From assembly GCF_009914755.1 (NCBI RefSeq), contig NC_060926.1: a DNA stretch of 64,000 nt, one strand, 5' to 3'. This document shows, piece after piece, positions 1 to 13,935 of this stretch. Both the position numbers and the translations under genes were made by a program. How positions within the stretch are numbered: position 1 is the first letter of the stretch; each line of letters begins with the position of its first letter. The DNA comes from the human T2T-CHM13v2.0 reference genome, Homo sapiens. The notes below the pieces were generated by a model, which worked only from the letters and a program-made list of their open reading frames with translations, did not search any database and was not told the origin of the DNA.

Positions 1-95
1 GTCATCTATGTCGTTTCTAGATTAGTTTGGATTGATTTATTTTTCTCACAATTTTGGATCATTGAGTGGTTCCTGATTCTGTGCATGCCTAGTGA

Positions 96-398
<303 letters not shown>

Positions 399-399
399 A

Positions 400-1165
400 T
401 GATTTTTTAATTGAATGCTTGTCACTGTAAAATTTACTTTGTTTGGTGCTGCATGTTTTGTGTATCTATAAATACAGCATTCTTCAGTTCTGTTCTGGCA
501 TGCAGTTATGTTACTTGGAAACAGTTTTACCCTTTCTCATTTTTCTTGTACGTTTTATTGGGCAAAATCAGAACAATGTTTAGTTTAGCACGAGTTTTAC
601 CAACGAATGAAGCAGAATGTTTCTGAGTACTTTACCCGCTGCTCTTTGAGTTAGTTATAAGGCTTTCTACTCTGGGTGGTGAGAAGGGGAATTATTTCTA
701 TGCCTGTGTGAGTTCCAGGTATCATTTCTTCTAATTTGGGGGGCATGGCTATTTCCTTGGCCTCAGTAGTTTCTCTACTCACATGTCCTGATTAGCAGAC
801 AGCTCAAGATTTGAGTGAGACCATTTGCATACTTCTGGAACACTCTCTGGGGACAGCTCTCTCCTTTCTGGAATTTGGCCTTGTAAATTCTAGCTGCCTG
901 GTCCTCTGTAGCCTCCCAGTTCCATCTCTTCAGTTCAGGGACACTTCCAAGCGTCACCTGGGTTCCCTGTCCTGTTTTTGTGATCTAGAAATTGTCTGCA
1001 AGGGGAAAATTGGTACATGTGCTGTCCTACCTTATTTGTTTTTCAGACATGACGGCTTTTTGTTGCCTACTGTCCATTGCCTCTAAAACCATTGCATCCA
1101 GTGTCTTAGTTGTTCTGGCAGGAGAGTGACTCTAATCCCTGTTGCTCCATCTTTCTAGAAGTGCA
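400..1165 (-). mobile_element. Old L1M-class (L1MC4-like) fragment
   Basis: Degenerate resemblance to remembered L1MC 5'-region consensus (ttggaaacagttt..., ctgagtactttacc..., cagctctctcctttctgg). Boundaries and subfamily are approximate. Confidence 0.5.
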
Positions 1166-2776
1166 CATCTAAAAGGAGTATTTAGAATAAATCTACAGAG
1201 AATTTGGTTGGATCATAGGGAATTTCAAGAAAAAAAGTTGAATTGAGGTATACTTTCAGAAAGATATTTTGGAGCAAACTTTCAAATAGCCCTGAAGTTA
1301 TCATAAAAAACAACAGCATTTCACTTAATGGAGTCAGGGAAAGCTTCTCTCAAGTCAGCGAACACAGCCACAGCTCAGTACAAGATTAACCTGCCAGCTA
1401 GCAGTGAGCCAGTGGCCTGGACTGTGGAGCCACACAAGGCTGAGAGACCACCTAGGACCTTGACTACAGCCCAGGCAAGGAGTTGTGAGGACTTCGAGTG
1501 GAGGTGAGAATCAGGAATGTAGAATAATCAAGAGATAGATCATCCATAGGTGGCCAGAGTGAGGAGATAGGAATTAAGGATAGCTCTGGAGTCTGATTCT
1601 GGCTGACCAGGAGGATAATGTGCAACTAATAAAAACTAGAGGTGCTGGATGAAGGATAGTTTTTGAGAAGAGAGGCATTTTTTTTGTATATTACTTATGC
1701 TTTATTACTTAGGGCTTTGAGACCAAAATAATTAAGTGACGTCCCAAGGCACATTTTTTACCAGTGAGACAAGAATATAACTTTCTTTCTCCTAGTTCAC
1801 AGTATTTTTCACTTTATGCCTTCTTTCTGCTTAATGATTTGTCTGGATTAGCTATTGTTTAAGCTTCCTCCTTATGTATAACTTGAATTTTTTGTAGGTA
1901 AAGCAAATCTCTGTTTTTATTTATTTTTGTTCTTTCCTCAGAACAGAGATAGGTCTTTTACCTAGTGATAATTATTTAACTGACACTTTGTATTATTTTT
2001 CTTGGACTAAACAGACTGATCTATTTTTATATTTCTCTATATCTGGTTGAAACTAGCTTGAATTAACTATGCCTTTGCCATTAGTGAGGACCAAAATTGC
2101 ACTTTGAAATTTCATTTCAAAAATTAAATGCTTACAAATGGATTTTCTCTAGTTTCAGTGGATTATTACTGATCAGTCTGAGTACATAATGCCAATTACT
2201 GGCACCTTATGTGATCAGCAGTGTTAGGTAGTAACCCAGAGCAGCCTGAAGGAGAGGCAAGAACTTTATGTCTTCTCAAACCCTGGATTCTCCCTTCCCT
2301 CCCATGTCTTGTCTTTCAGAACTATGTCTATTAGAGTCTATGCCCAAAAGTATTTTAGGTTTCAGAACAAATGGATGAGGGCTTCCACTTGAAAAGTGAA
2401 CTTCTATAGAATGCATATTAATTTTAAATCACTTTCACGTGCTCTTATTTGGAACCCCCAGTAAGAAAACAATATTGTCCCATAGTGATAATAATGAAAA
2501 AACTGAGTCTAGGTAAATTCCAGCAAGTCATCAGAGGTCACATCACTAGGCAGTGATAGAAGAACCAATGTAGTTTCTAGTCTAGGACTTTCCTTCATCT
2601 CTAGTGTGTCATTAAATCCAGAGTAATTTTATTTTGAGTTTACTTGATCATGTGCATCTCCATTTAAATCTTTGCAAGGACTCTCCACAATTGACAATGT
2701 CAAATTTTGAAACTAGGGATAGCTTGGAGATTTTTGTGTCTCTTTTGCTTTCACCTTTCCATGAAAGCCTTTTTGT

Positions 2777-2895
2777 ATGTGGGGACACATGAGTGTGTAT
2801 GTGGATGTGTGTAGGCATATGTGAGTTTATACGTGTGCATACGTGTATAGACACATGTATGTGTGTATGTGGGGGCACATGTATGTGAATGTGTG
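2777..2895. repeat. Degenerate (TG)n/TATG microsatellite
   Basis: Alternating tg/ta-rich tract visible in the sequence. Confidence 0.75.
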
Positions 2896-3070
2896 GGCAA
2901 GTCTGTTTGTGAAGAAGAAGCAGAGGTGTTACTTTACTTGTGATTTCTTCTCAATGTTCAGATTTTGGGAACAACAGAATGACTTTCAGGGTGCAGAGGG
3001 CAGTCCACTGACCTGGGGTGGGTTGCACCCCAGTTTGCACCATTTGCTTACAGCTGATAGAATTAAATGA

Positions 3071-3544
3071 CACATGCACACGTATGTTTATTGCGGCACT
3101 ATTCACAATAGCGAAGACTTGGAACCAACCCAAATGTCTAACAATGATAGACTAGATTAAGAAAATGTGGCACATATACACCATGGAATACTATGCAGCC
3201 ATAAAAAATGATGAGTTCATGTCCTTTGTAGGGACATGGATGAAATTGGAAATCATCATTCTCAGTAAACTATCACAAGAACAAAAAACCAAACACCACA
3301 TATTCTCACTCATAGGTGGGAACTGAACAATGAGAACACATGGACACAGGAAGGGGAACATCACAATCTGGGGACTGTTGTGGGGTAGCGGGGGGAAGGA
3401 TAGCATTGGGAGATATACCTAATGCTAGATGACGAGTTAGTGGGTGCAGCGCACCAGCATGGCATATGTATACATATGTAACTAAGCTGCACATTGTGTA
3501 CATGTACCCTAAAACTTAAAGTATAATAATAAATTTAAAAAAAA
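3071..3544 (+). mobile_element. 5'-truncated young L1 (L1PA2/PA3-like), ORF2 end and 3'UTR
   Basis: Canonical L1 3' end (gatagcattgggagatatacctaatgctagatgacgagttagtgggtgcagcgcaccagc ... aaaacttaaagtataataat + polyA). Exact 12-bp TSD agaattaaatga at 3059-3070 and 3545-3556. Confidence 0.95.
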
Positions 3545-3989
3545 AGAATTAAATGATCAAACAACACTCTGTATGATGGCCACTGCTCAGCATCTCCAGT
3601 GTCATCTCTTTTGTCTCATGGACTCAGTACCAGTCATCAAAAACAGCAAGAAGCTTCCTGGGTCGGCATGCCATTTTTGTTTTCTGTGGGTTTTCCTTGA
3701 TGTTTTTCCCCCTCCCTCTTTTTACCTAAAAATTCTCATTCACCTTTTAATGCCTATTTCTCCTTATTTCCCTTTTGGGGATTAGCTTCTCTTTCTCTTT
3801 GCATGTGGTATTGGTGGGCTATAAATCAAGATGCTTCTGTCTTCATCTGGGCAACATGTGACATCTCTCAAGTGAAGAGACGTAAAGAAAGAAAAATGGT
3901 GTTCGTTCACTCCAGCAGGAGGGGTCCTGATGAGATGGCCAAGTTCCCTAGGGTGTCCTGGTTGCATTCTCGCCTCATATCCACCGCTG

Positions 3990-4345
3990 TCATCTTACTG
4001 TTAGTTCTGTAAACCAGAGTGCTCCTGCCCACCAGTCATCTCATCCTTCTCTGAAGTTAATTTGGGGCATGTGACTGGTTCTGGCCAATAGACTGTGAGA
4101 ATGTATGACATGTTAGCTTCTGGACCCAAGGAGATAAAAACCAATGTGCCTCCTCGATCATTCTCTTCCTTCAAAACCACTTGGAGGCAGAACTGCAACG
4201 TGGAAGCAGCCTCACTCCCTGGGTCACTGTTTGGCAGATACCCCACTGTATCAGATTACCACATCAACAATAATCAAGCCTCTGCTGAGTTCATCCACTG
4301 TTACTTAAGTGTGTTGTCCTTATACAACTATTCTCTATTTTTCTG
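3990..4345 (+). mobile_element. MaLR LTR (MLT1 I/J-like)
   Basis: ggggcatgtgactggttctggccaat motif typical of old MLT1 LTRs. Confidence 0.55.
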
Positions 4346-5016
4346 TACAGATCATTTCCTGCTTTAGTTGCCCAGAGTTCATTTATTTGCCTTGTACGTA
4401 AAGCACCTAGATTGAGATACTATCCATTATGTACCAAAATTAAAACACATAGGAATATTTGTTTATGACTTTACTTCCCTACTAGACTGTGGGCAACCTG
4501 AAGGCAGAGACTTTTTCTTCATTTTTGTATTGCTAGTGCCTCACATGGTGCTTGGTGCAAAAAAGGGCTGAATTCAGGCTTTTTGTAAGAATAATTTATG
4601 TTCTCCTTGGTTTGTTTGATTTGATTTTCATGTGGCTGGGTAAAAACAATAATTTGATCCTTTGGGAAAAAATAAAGCTAGGCTTGCTTTCTAGTTCAGT
4701 CATTTGTTGATTTTCATCAAGTTAGTTAAAATTTCTGATATTCTGGTTTCTTATCTACAAAATGAGAACACACATATTACCAATGCTATGGAGGTACTGG
4801 TAAAATGAAATAAGAAAACGTATGGAAAATGCTTGGCACAGTATCTGATAAACAGTAAAAACTGAATAAATAGTGGCTATTGTTACTATTATTGTGGTAA
4901 TGATCATGATTCTTGTATTTAATCCACTTTTGTTTTCTCTAATTATTGCTAACAATACAGTCTAGTTGGCAAGAGAATCCAGTGGGCTTTCTCTTAGACC
5001 TTCTTGCTTATGTAAG

Positions 5017-5714
5017 TGTAGAGGGAATGCTTCCTCTCTGCCCATTGAAGTTTCACTAAAATGACTAACAATAGACAGATTAATAGGGGAAAACGTCACA
5101 ACAAATTTATTAATGTGCATATACACTTGGGAGTCCCACAGAAAGGAGACTCAAAGAGGGGCTAGATGGTTGAGGCTTAAATGTGAGGTCTGTAGGCCAT
5201 ATTTAGAGGGGTTTAAATAATATGGGGGGCAAATGATTGAGCTCAAAGAACGATGGCTTGGAACAAAGTTTCTCTGAGCTCTGGGGGATCTCGTGGAAGG
5301 TAAGAACTTCACTGTGAACAAAGCTTGTCTTATTATGCAAATGAAGTCTTTCAGGTAATCTCTCAGAGCTGCCCTCAGAAAAACAGACAAAAAATCTGTC
5401 TGGGTATGGTGATGATTTTTAGCCTCTTCTCTTCTCTGGTGATAAATCTTCCCTTGTTATTTGATGAGATTCCTAGGCAGTGGGGCAAAGGCAATTGCAT
5501 TTCTTTGGGGACAAATTTTCCTTTATCAGATTAGGGAATTCCAGAGACAGTCCCTCCGTGTGCTTGGGGGTTGGGCGGTGGGTGAGAAACAAGAGAAGGT
5601 TAGAAAATTTTTGGTTCTGAGGCAGCTTCTAAGGCCTCCCAATTTCTTTTAATTTAAAGTGCTTATCATGCCAAATTTCCATATTTTGAAGTATCCTTCT
5701 CCGCTGATTCCAAT
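5017..5714 (-). mobile_element. ERV1 solo LTR (MER39/MER34-like)
   Basis: Right end reads as the reverse complement of the MER39-type start (ggcagcttctaaggcctcccaatttc ... aaagtgcttatcatgccaaa ... ccatatttt). Internal ttatgcaaatgaag and agacagattaatagg motifs. Confidence 0.7.
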
Positions 5715-7669
5715 AGTTGAATCAAATCTTCCTAAAACAATGCCATTTCCCTCATTCTCTCCCCTTTTCTTGCAGTGTTGTAATGCTCTGCTAAGATGGT
5801 TTCTCTATTGATGTAAGAGTAAATAGCAATTCCTCAGGACCTTTTTCTTAAGAAGTACAAACTCTTTTATTCTTCAAATCAAATCTTTGTTATAAATAAT
5901 TTAGAGTTTTGTAAATGAGAAAAGATAATTTTTTCAGTGTCTAAACATGGAGTCTTATTTTCCCACATATCAGTTTCCCGACAGCTAACCTGTTGGAAGC
6001 ACTAACTGTTGAGTGGTTTGCATTCAGTAATGTGACCAGAAGTAACGACTCAAACTCAATAGAGGCCAGAAATGATCAGAGGTTATGATTCCTTGGCAAC
6101 TGCTTGATGTTCAATATTAAACTGCTTTAGAAAACCTCTCTCTTACTCTTGTGGCAAGATACCACAAGGCATTAAAAAAAATAAAATATAATGAAACAAA
6201 AATATCCCCCCTTCGTCATACCTGCTGCCCTGCTACCTGCTCTAAGCGGAAGTCACAATGAAAGGGATTTAAATGAGCTGAGAGACCTCACTGAGCTCCC
6301 CTGGGTCAGAGGTGGGTGCATTTTCACACCTACAGGAGCTTGCTTTGCTAATGTACCTGTTCCATAAATTACTCTGGAGGAAATCACTTCATTATTCATG
6401 ACTTGAACATTCCTGTTGCAAAATGGTGATCTATGTCATGTACTGTTGCATTACCAATTCAATTATTCTTTTGTCATGCAAACTCTCTGAGCTGTGACAA
6501 GGGGTGGGGCAGGCTCTTCACAGCTGGCAATCTGTAATGCTGCCTAGGAGTAGATTTCTTCTGGGTGCATTGAGCTGGAGAATTTATGAAAGGACTCTCA
6601 GGGGAGATGTCTGCCAATGATGGCAAATTGATGACTATTATCTAAACATTTAGCAGCCCTTCTTCAGTTATAATATGGCCATCTTTAACTTGCCTCCATT
6701 AACTGATAGCATTTCATGTTTTTTGAAATGAGTTTGGAGTTACGGGAGAGAACAAAGACTGACTCACAGAATCTACCACAATAATCATTTTCTTTTCATT
6801 TTCCATTATCTTAGCATTCTGAATCCAACTTTGCATGAAGAGATACTCCAATGCTTCTGAAGACACCTTTTTTAATTTTGGTAATATAAAGATGGCTTTT
6901 AAGGTTATTATCAGCCTGATGGCAAAACAAACATGTGACAAGAGTTAACTTCAGTCACTCCGGTGGTTTGAGCCTTATGGTCCAAGGATTCATTTTGTAT
7001 AATGGCATGGTACGTCATCTGCTTTGTCTTCTGGACTGATTGAAATGTCAGATGTGTTGGTGGAGTGGACAAAGCCAGTGGAATATATTTTTAATTTTAA
7101 GCACAATAGTGCCCTACATACCTGTGAATCAGAGTTATCAAAATTTACTGATGCCTTCATATTAACAGAGAAATAGAACGCTGGATTAGGAACCTCATGA
7201 CCTGGAAGTGAGGGGGTGGCGGTTAGTGTGATTTATATTCTTTTGCTCTCATGTTTTTCTGCACCCCTCCCCCACTGCTGCCCCTCAGTTTTCTCTTGGG
7301 AACTTCACCAGAAGCAGGTTGAGAAGGAGTAAGTCAATCCAGTTCTACAATGAACTTATTTTCAACTGGAAGTTGGGTGGAAATTTTTAACATTAATCAC
7401 TTTCATCTTTGTGGGAAGTTACATTTAATCCTCAAAATTATCCCATGATATTTCAGTTTTGCTGTTGAGAAGACAGATTTTCAGAGAAATCAATGACTTG
7501 CTCAAGATCAACAAATGTGATCTATTTCCAAAACTCTCATCCTCTGTGTACACTCATATAACGCTGAGTACTGTAAATAGATGGACTTTCAAATAAGTGT
7601 AAGAGAAGGTCTTTTAAATTTAATACTTGGAACTATTAAACTAAATACTGATTAGTCTATGATTAATGA

Positions 7670-7844
7670 AGGGGTAGACCCAGTTTTTGTGAGATCTGAA
7701 ACTTGTTCAAATTTGGGAGCTCCTTTTAACAAAAATAATACCAAAATGATAAACTCAACATTAAATTCAAAGCCTTGAGAAGAGCTCATCAAGTGAGGTG
7801 CAATGAAGATTAAGCTGATTAACCGCATGAAAAATCCACCTCTG
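7670..7844 (+). mobile_element. hAT-Blackjack DNA transposon (MER63A-like)
   Basis: aggggtagacccagtttttgtg ... aaatccacctctg, with degenerate terminal inverted repeats and ~175 bp length. Confidence 0.6.
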
Positions 7845-9293
7845 AAGAAATGTTAAGAAAGAAGATAAAAGTATTTCCAAGTGTATTTCCTGTAGCCCAG
7901 GGTTCCTTCACGTAAATCATTGCAGCTGCAGGTTGATGCATCTGTGTGGTTTCGGTCAAGCAGTCAGTTACTCCACAGCCAATCAATGCCGCTTTCTTAT
8001 GGGTGAACTTAGCTGCATGTCATTGGCGATGTGGAAAGAAGGTACCTGCCTTCAGAAGGAGCCAGTAGTTCTTGCAGAAGGGACCAATGTTCTCAATAGA
8101 GGGATTTAAACTTTTTTGAAAGAGTTAATCATCTCTTTACAAACGTATACAGCATTTTAAGATCATATTTCAAAGTAGCTCCAGTTCCTGAAGTTTCATG
8201 TATTTTAAAGCAAAACAAACAACAGCAACCAAAACTAATTTCGAATTATTCCAAAACTTCTCCTCTTGGTTAAGATAAGCCCTTTAGATCATGATACAGC
8301 TATATGTTTGTGTGCGTGTGTTTGTGTGGGGATGTGTGCGATTGTGTGTGTATACATATATGTATACACACATATATATGGATTTGTATTTATATATATA
8401 GACCCACATAAAATATATTCTAGGCACTGAAATCTAATAACTTTGAATCTATTTTACTCTAATTTGTTTAAAAATTCTAGTTTTTTCAAATTTCTGGCTT
8501 AGAATAAACAACATTTTAGGAGAGCTTTAATGGTCTTTAAAAAATCAGTTTCCCTTTCTATTGATTGCTCACTGCAGAAGCATTTTACATGATCTCCACA
8601 TGACCTACTAACTATCAAGGTCAGTAAACTGGTGGCTTGAGACTTTCTCTGCCTAATAACCATTTTTTTCTTCTATCTCCCAATTTCAAACTCTCCTTTG
8701 ACTTATTGTTTTCTTAGGGAGGACATATTCTAAGCCTTGTCTCTATAAAATGAAAGTCTTAGTCTTTTCTTTAACTGAGACTTCACTAATCAGGAGGATA
8801 AATTTTGGACAGAAGAGGGTATTCCTGCATGTAGCATGTGGCATACATTTCTACAGCATGTGAAGTTTTTTCTTCTTTATCTGCCTGTGCATGAGAATGA
8901 CCAGGTTGATCATGCTCATTTTATTTGGAAGACAAAGGAGCAAGGGATTGGTACAACCTTCGAGTGCACTCCCCCTGCAGGTCAACTAGTAGTAACTACC
9001 AAATACATGCAACTGCAGTAGGTAGGTACTACGCCACGTACATTACCTATAAATCCATAACGAATCTCAAAGGTAGGAATCATAACTCCCCATTTGACTG
9101 AAGCATATTTGACTCTTAATGTTAAGTGCAATATTCCATGGGCCCTCTCCAAGGAATACTTCAGAGTTGAAGCCAGGTCTATTCTGTAACTTTGTCTTAG
9201 AATCAGAGCTAAAATGATCAACTTTTCCCATAGAAGTAGAGAGTAGAATAGTGGTAACCAGAGGCTGGAAAAGATAGTGAGGAGGGGTGAATA

Positions 9294-9865
9294 TGAGAGA
9301 GGAGAAAGGAAGAAACAGGTCAGGCAGGCAGGTAAGGTGGGTCCTTGGTTGAATTCTTTCAAACAAAAGAAAAGCCTGCAGGCACAGATAAGGGAGCTTG
9401 CAGAGGGGGTCTTGCCTAAGACATGGCCACAGTTGCACAGATAAGAGAGGTTACACAGGTGGCTTGCCCAGACATGCCCGCAATGGAAAATTCCATCCCC
9501 TGACACATATGCAGTATAAGAGTATAAGGAATAAAGCAATATGCAGTAACTCAAGCTAATGGCCCCCATGTGTATTAAGAGGACAGGGTGGAGCTATCAG
9601 AAGTTCACATCTTATGCAAATGAGATGTCCAGGCCTCATCAGTTTCTTATAAAAGCCTTTGCATTGAACAGTAAAAATGGTAACCCTCTTCTGGGTCCCC
9701 TCTTAACAGCAGAAAACTTTCTTTTTTTCCTTGTTAAACTTTTACTCCAACCTCGCCCTTGGTGTTTGTGCTCCTTAACTTTCTTGGTCATGAGACAAAG
9801 AACTCTGGGTCTAACTCAGGCAATGAGAGACTGCTACATTGTGGAGCATTGGCGAGACTGTAACA
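9294..9865 (+). mobile_element. ERV1 solo LTR (MER61-like)
   Basis: TG...CA termini (tgagagaggagaaaggaagaaa ... gactgtaaca), TATA-like cttataaaag, short aata/ata duplication, and clean insertion into the L1MA fragment. Confidence 0.8.
9460..9479 (+). promoter_or_regulatory. Candidate p53 response element
   Basis: TGGCTTGCCC AGACATGCCC matches RRRCWWGYYY x2 at 19/20 positions with no spacer. It lies inside a MER61-like LTR. Confidence 0.6.
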
Positions 9866-11593
9866 ATAGGGAGGGGTTGGTTAATGTGTATAAAATTACA
9901 GTTAGATAGGAGGAATAGGTTCCTTCTATAGCACAATAGGACGACCATTGTTAACAATAATGTATTATATATTTCAAAATAGCTAGAGGAGAGGATTTTT
10001 AATGTCCTAACACAAAGAAATGATAAATGTTTCAGGAGATGGATATCCCAATTACCCTGATTTAATCATTACACAGCATATACATATATCTAAATATCAC
10101 ATGTGCTCCATAAATATGTACAATTATTATATATCAATTAAAAATTAAAACATAGGATTGTCAACCATGTACAGGAGAGAGTCTACTTTGTCCTTCTCTG
10201 ACTACAGGCCGGAGATAAAAATCTGTTCCATGCTTAAACTAATACAACGTTTTCAAGAAAACTAAGTGAATAACTGTAAAACAAAAGCTTATTAAATTGA
10301 ACCCACAACAATTAAATGTATCCTTTTAATTTATTTCTTCCTTCATATATATGCCTTGAATTTGAGGCAATTGGCAAAAATCTGCAACTATATTATCTCT
10401 TGTAAGCCTTTCACTTTTACTTTTATTTATCTTTTGGTTAGCTTATAAGTCACTCTATGTGCCATCAGTGGCTTCGGTTTTGTTTTTAGGTTTGTTAGAA
10501 ACACAGGGCATTATATTACAGTGAAAAATGTTTAGGTCTTTTAAAGGCTCCAAGTCCAAAACCTGAAATAAAGAGAGAACATTATTAAAGATATTAGAGT
10601 CTTAGCACTTTGGAGTTGTATCTGCAGGAGGTGAGTGTGGTCTCTCTATTCCTTGTGTCTCCATGCAGTACACCTTGGCAGTATGAAGAAAGTCAGCAGG
10701 GGCAGGCTGTCGTCTGGAAAATGGGTCAGTGGTCAGCCCAGGCAGCTGAGTCTAACAACTATTTATTTTGTCAACAAGTGACAGTCACTTCCACATAGAC
10801 TTCCATGTACATGAAATATTATTTGAGATTATAATTCAGGGATACTTTAATGGCCAAAATATGAATAAAAATGAGATTATCTCAAAATTCATCTCAAGGT
10901 GTTATTTAAAACTTGTGAAAGAGTTGAAATAAAAGTTCTTTTTTTTCTAATGTGGAAAAAAACCTCTTCATATGCAGAAGCTATTTAAATGAGCAGGTTA
11001 ATTGGATTTTGAAAAATAGCATTTCTCCAATAAAAAATAATTCACTTAATTTTAAACACATGGAACATTTGTAATAATAACATGAATGGTTTAGGAGATT
11101 AAAGAGAAACAAAGAGAAGATAAAGAGACAAAGCTGATGTATGAAGAAAAATAAAGAAACCTGAAGATTAAAAAGTCTTAGGGATATTTGAATCAGTGCA
11201 GTGATAAAGCCATTGAAGGAAGACAAATGATGGATAAATTATTACATTTTAACATCCCAAGTTAGAAAAAGTCAAAAGATGACAATGAATGCACATAAGC
11301 TATAGAGCAAAATATATGAGGAGTTTTGTTTTATATATTAATGAAACAATAGTTTACTGAATGCTTATGAGCTACCGAGTGCTCTGCTAAGCACTGACAA
11401 TGTTAAAATAGAATTCCCAGTCTAGAATCTCATGAAGTTTATCATCTAGTGAAGAGACAGATACACAAATAAGCTACTCAAGTACAATAAATAAAATTCT
11501 TAAACATATTTAAAGATTGTATCTAAAATTCAATAGGGACATAATCCTAGTTATCAATATGACCAACTTTATAATTTAGCCCTTCTGATAAAC

Positions 11594-12110
11594 TGTTGGG
11601 AGACAAATTCTCATTGGATTTCTTGTGTTTCTGACCCAAAGGCATGTTTTCATAGTCAATAGCATTGGAAGCTACAGATAATGTATCCTTCTGGAGAGAT
11701 GTGGCAACTTTTTCTCCCTGGAGAAGTCCCAGGGTAGTAAAGATAAAGCCCTCTTCTCCCTCTCTCTAGAGACATTTTCTTACAGTTCAGGGTTAGGAGT
11801 CAAGGGATGCCTTTTTCTTCTCTAGAGGAGAATTACTGGCATTTTGGGATATTTTGAAATCTTTCTCTCCAGAGGGTAGAATGGGCAGATATTCAAGCAG
11901 AACCCACATCACTCAGTCTCCTAACTTGGTGGTTCTTCTCCTGGGTTATATGCACCCCTTTGTGTGCAGCTAACATCCTGCCCTCATTGTGTCATCCTGT
12001 GGGCATGAGGACTGGGGAACCTGGGCAAGATGCCACTCTGGCTGCTGTTTCTTGTATGAAAACAAACATGGGCTTCTGTGCTTCTCTGACCCAGGAATCT
12101 TGAGGTCTCA
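11594..12110 (+). mobile_element. ERVL-type LTR (MER54/MER74-like)
   Basis: Start tgttgggagacaaattctc and end ctctgacccaggaatctt resemble this LTR group. Confidence 0.55.
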
Positions 12111-12220
12111 CACACGTGCCCATGTGCGTGTCAGTATATGTTTATATATGTATATAGATGTTTATATTTGTATCACCAGCCAATCATATTTCAGCTTTAC
12201 TCATTGTTAAGAGAAGCTAA

Positions 12221-12665
12221 TTGTTATGAGTTAAATTGTGTCTTCCCTGAAATCATAGGCTGAAGTTTTAACCTGCGGTTTCTTAGAATGGGACCCTGTT
12301 CGTAAACAGTTATTGCAAATGTAATTAGTTAAGATGAGGTCATTAGGATGTGCTCTAATCCACCATGACTGGTGTTCTTATACAAAGGGGGAAATTTAGA
12401 CATGGAGACACACAGGCAGGAAAACCATAAGAAGATGGAGACAGACATCAGAGTGCTATGCCTGCAAACCAAGTAATTCCACAGATTGCCAGCAAACCAC
12501 CAGAACCATCCCCAGTAGAGACACATGAAACAGATCTTCCCTCACAGCCTTCCAAAGGAACCCACCTTAGCCCCTGGAAATGTGAGAACTGTGAGAAAAT
12601 ACATTTCTGTTGTTTAAGCCACCTAGCTTGTGGAACTTTCTATGGCAGTCCCATTTATCAATACC
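12221..12665 (+). mobile_element. MaLR LTR (MLT1B/C-like)
   Basis: tgttatgagttaaattgtgtc ... gtaattagttaagatgaggtcat ... tttctgttgtttaagccac ... tatggcag. Confidence 0.8.
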
Positions 12666-13329
12666 TATTTGACACCATTGTTTTGAGCATATGGAACTCA
12701 TGTTTTCAAAGGGGGCAATGTGCTCCACTCACTAAATCACTAAAGCGCCTCCTCCCGCCACCAAATGGTGGGCACATCTCATTACATCTGCCTGTGTTCT
12801 CGCTGCTCAAAGACTGGAAGTCTTACCCTGTCAGGAGGCTGACTGTCAATACTTGGCTGAATATATGGCAGGTGTCTGGTTGAAAGAAGCCTTAGGGACA
12901 CTGTTACGCTATTCTTCATGTAATGCAGGTCCTACAGGGTCTGGACTGTATTATCTATGTCTACTTGGTCTGTCTGTATATCTGGCTCTCACTCCCTTTT
13001 TTCCCACTAGACTCACAGTTAATTCACTGTCGCTGGCAAGAGAGTAAAATGTAAATTGTTTGTGGGAAACATGGAAAAAACCCTGCACCAGGAGGTTATC
13101 AGCAGTGAGTCTGAACTCTAGTGTGGCTACTCCATTGCTGGATGGGTAAGTCACTCAGCATATCTAAGCCTCATGGTCCCTGTGCAAAATTGATCAACAA
13201 TAGCTGTTGAATCCATTTCTAACATTGTGTAGCGACTCAAAAGAGACAATGCACACAAAAAAGTATATGCAATATAAATATGACAATTTTTCTATATTTA
13301 ATTATCATTTTCAATGTTTTTAAACTGAA

Positions 13330-13935
13330 AAGAAATGCTTGATTCTTAATCTTTTTGACTTATCAAATTTGACATTGTCAACCTCTCTTCTGTTTTTGTA
13401 ACTCTCTTGCATTGTCAATCTCTCTCTCCTTCTCGTAGCTCTCTCTCCTCTGGATTTCTGTGGCACAGTATGCTCCTGGTTTCCTTCTGCATCTTTGACT
13501 ACTGTTCTTGGCCACATTCATAGGCTCGTTTTCCTCTATGTAGACATTAATATTAAACATTGAAGTTTTCCAGACTTGGCCTTAGGCTACCGTCTCTGTG
13601 CATTTCCACTAGGCTAGCCAATCTATGGCCACAAATCATCACCTCTGCCCCCATAACTTGCAAATAGATATCTCCACTCCAGACACCTTCTCTGAACTGC
13701 AGACATGTATATCCAACTGCCCACTTGAAATCTCTCTTTATATTATTCAAGGCACCTAAAACTCAAAAATATCCAAGAAGCAAATTTTGCTGTTCCTAAT
13801 TAAACCTTGTATTCTTCTAGTGTTCATGTGTTCATTAAGGCCACCAAATCCCTTTTGTTACCAACCCAGAAATCTAAGTCTCCTATTCTTCCCCCATATG
13901 TATTCCATCACAGTCCAGTGGATTTTAAATTCTGT
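13330..13935 (+). mobile_element. L2 LINE fragment
   Basis: ctctgaactgcagacatgtatatccaactgcccacttgaaatctc ... aggcacctaaaactcaa is typical L2 3' ORF sequence. Confidence 0.6.

Larger units (their letters stand above)
9226..10148 (+). mobile_element. L1MA (MA6/7-like) 3' fragment, split by the LTR at 9294-9865
   Basis: agaagtagagagtagaatagtggtaaccagaggctgg before the LTR. It resumes with gggaggggttggttaat ... aaatatgtacaattattatatatcaattaaaa. Confidence 0.85.

Noticed and set aside
8982-9569. 195-aa minus-strand ORF
   Set aside because: It runs across an LTR, an L1MA fragment and flanking sequence of different origins, with no recognisable domain.
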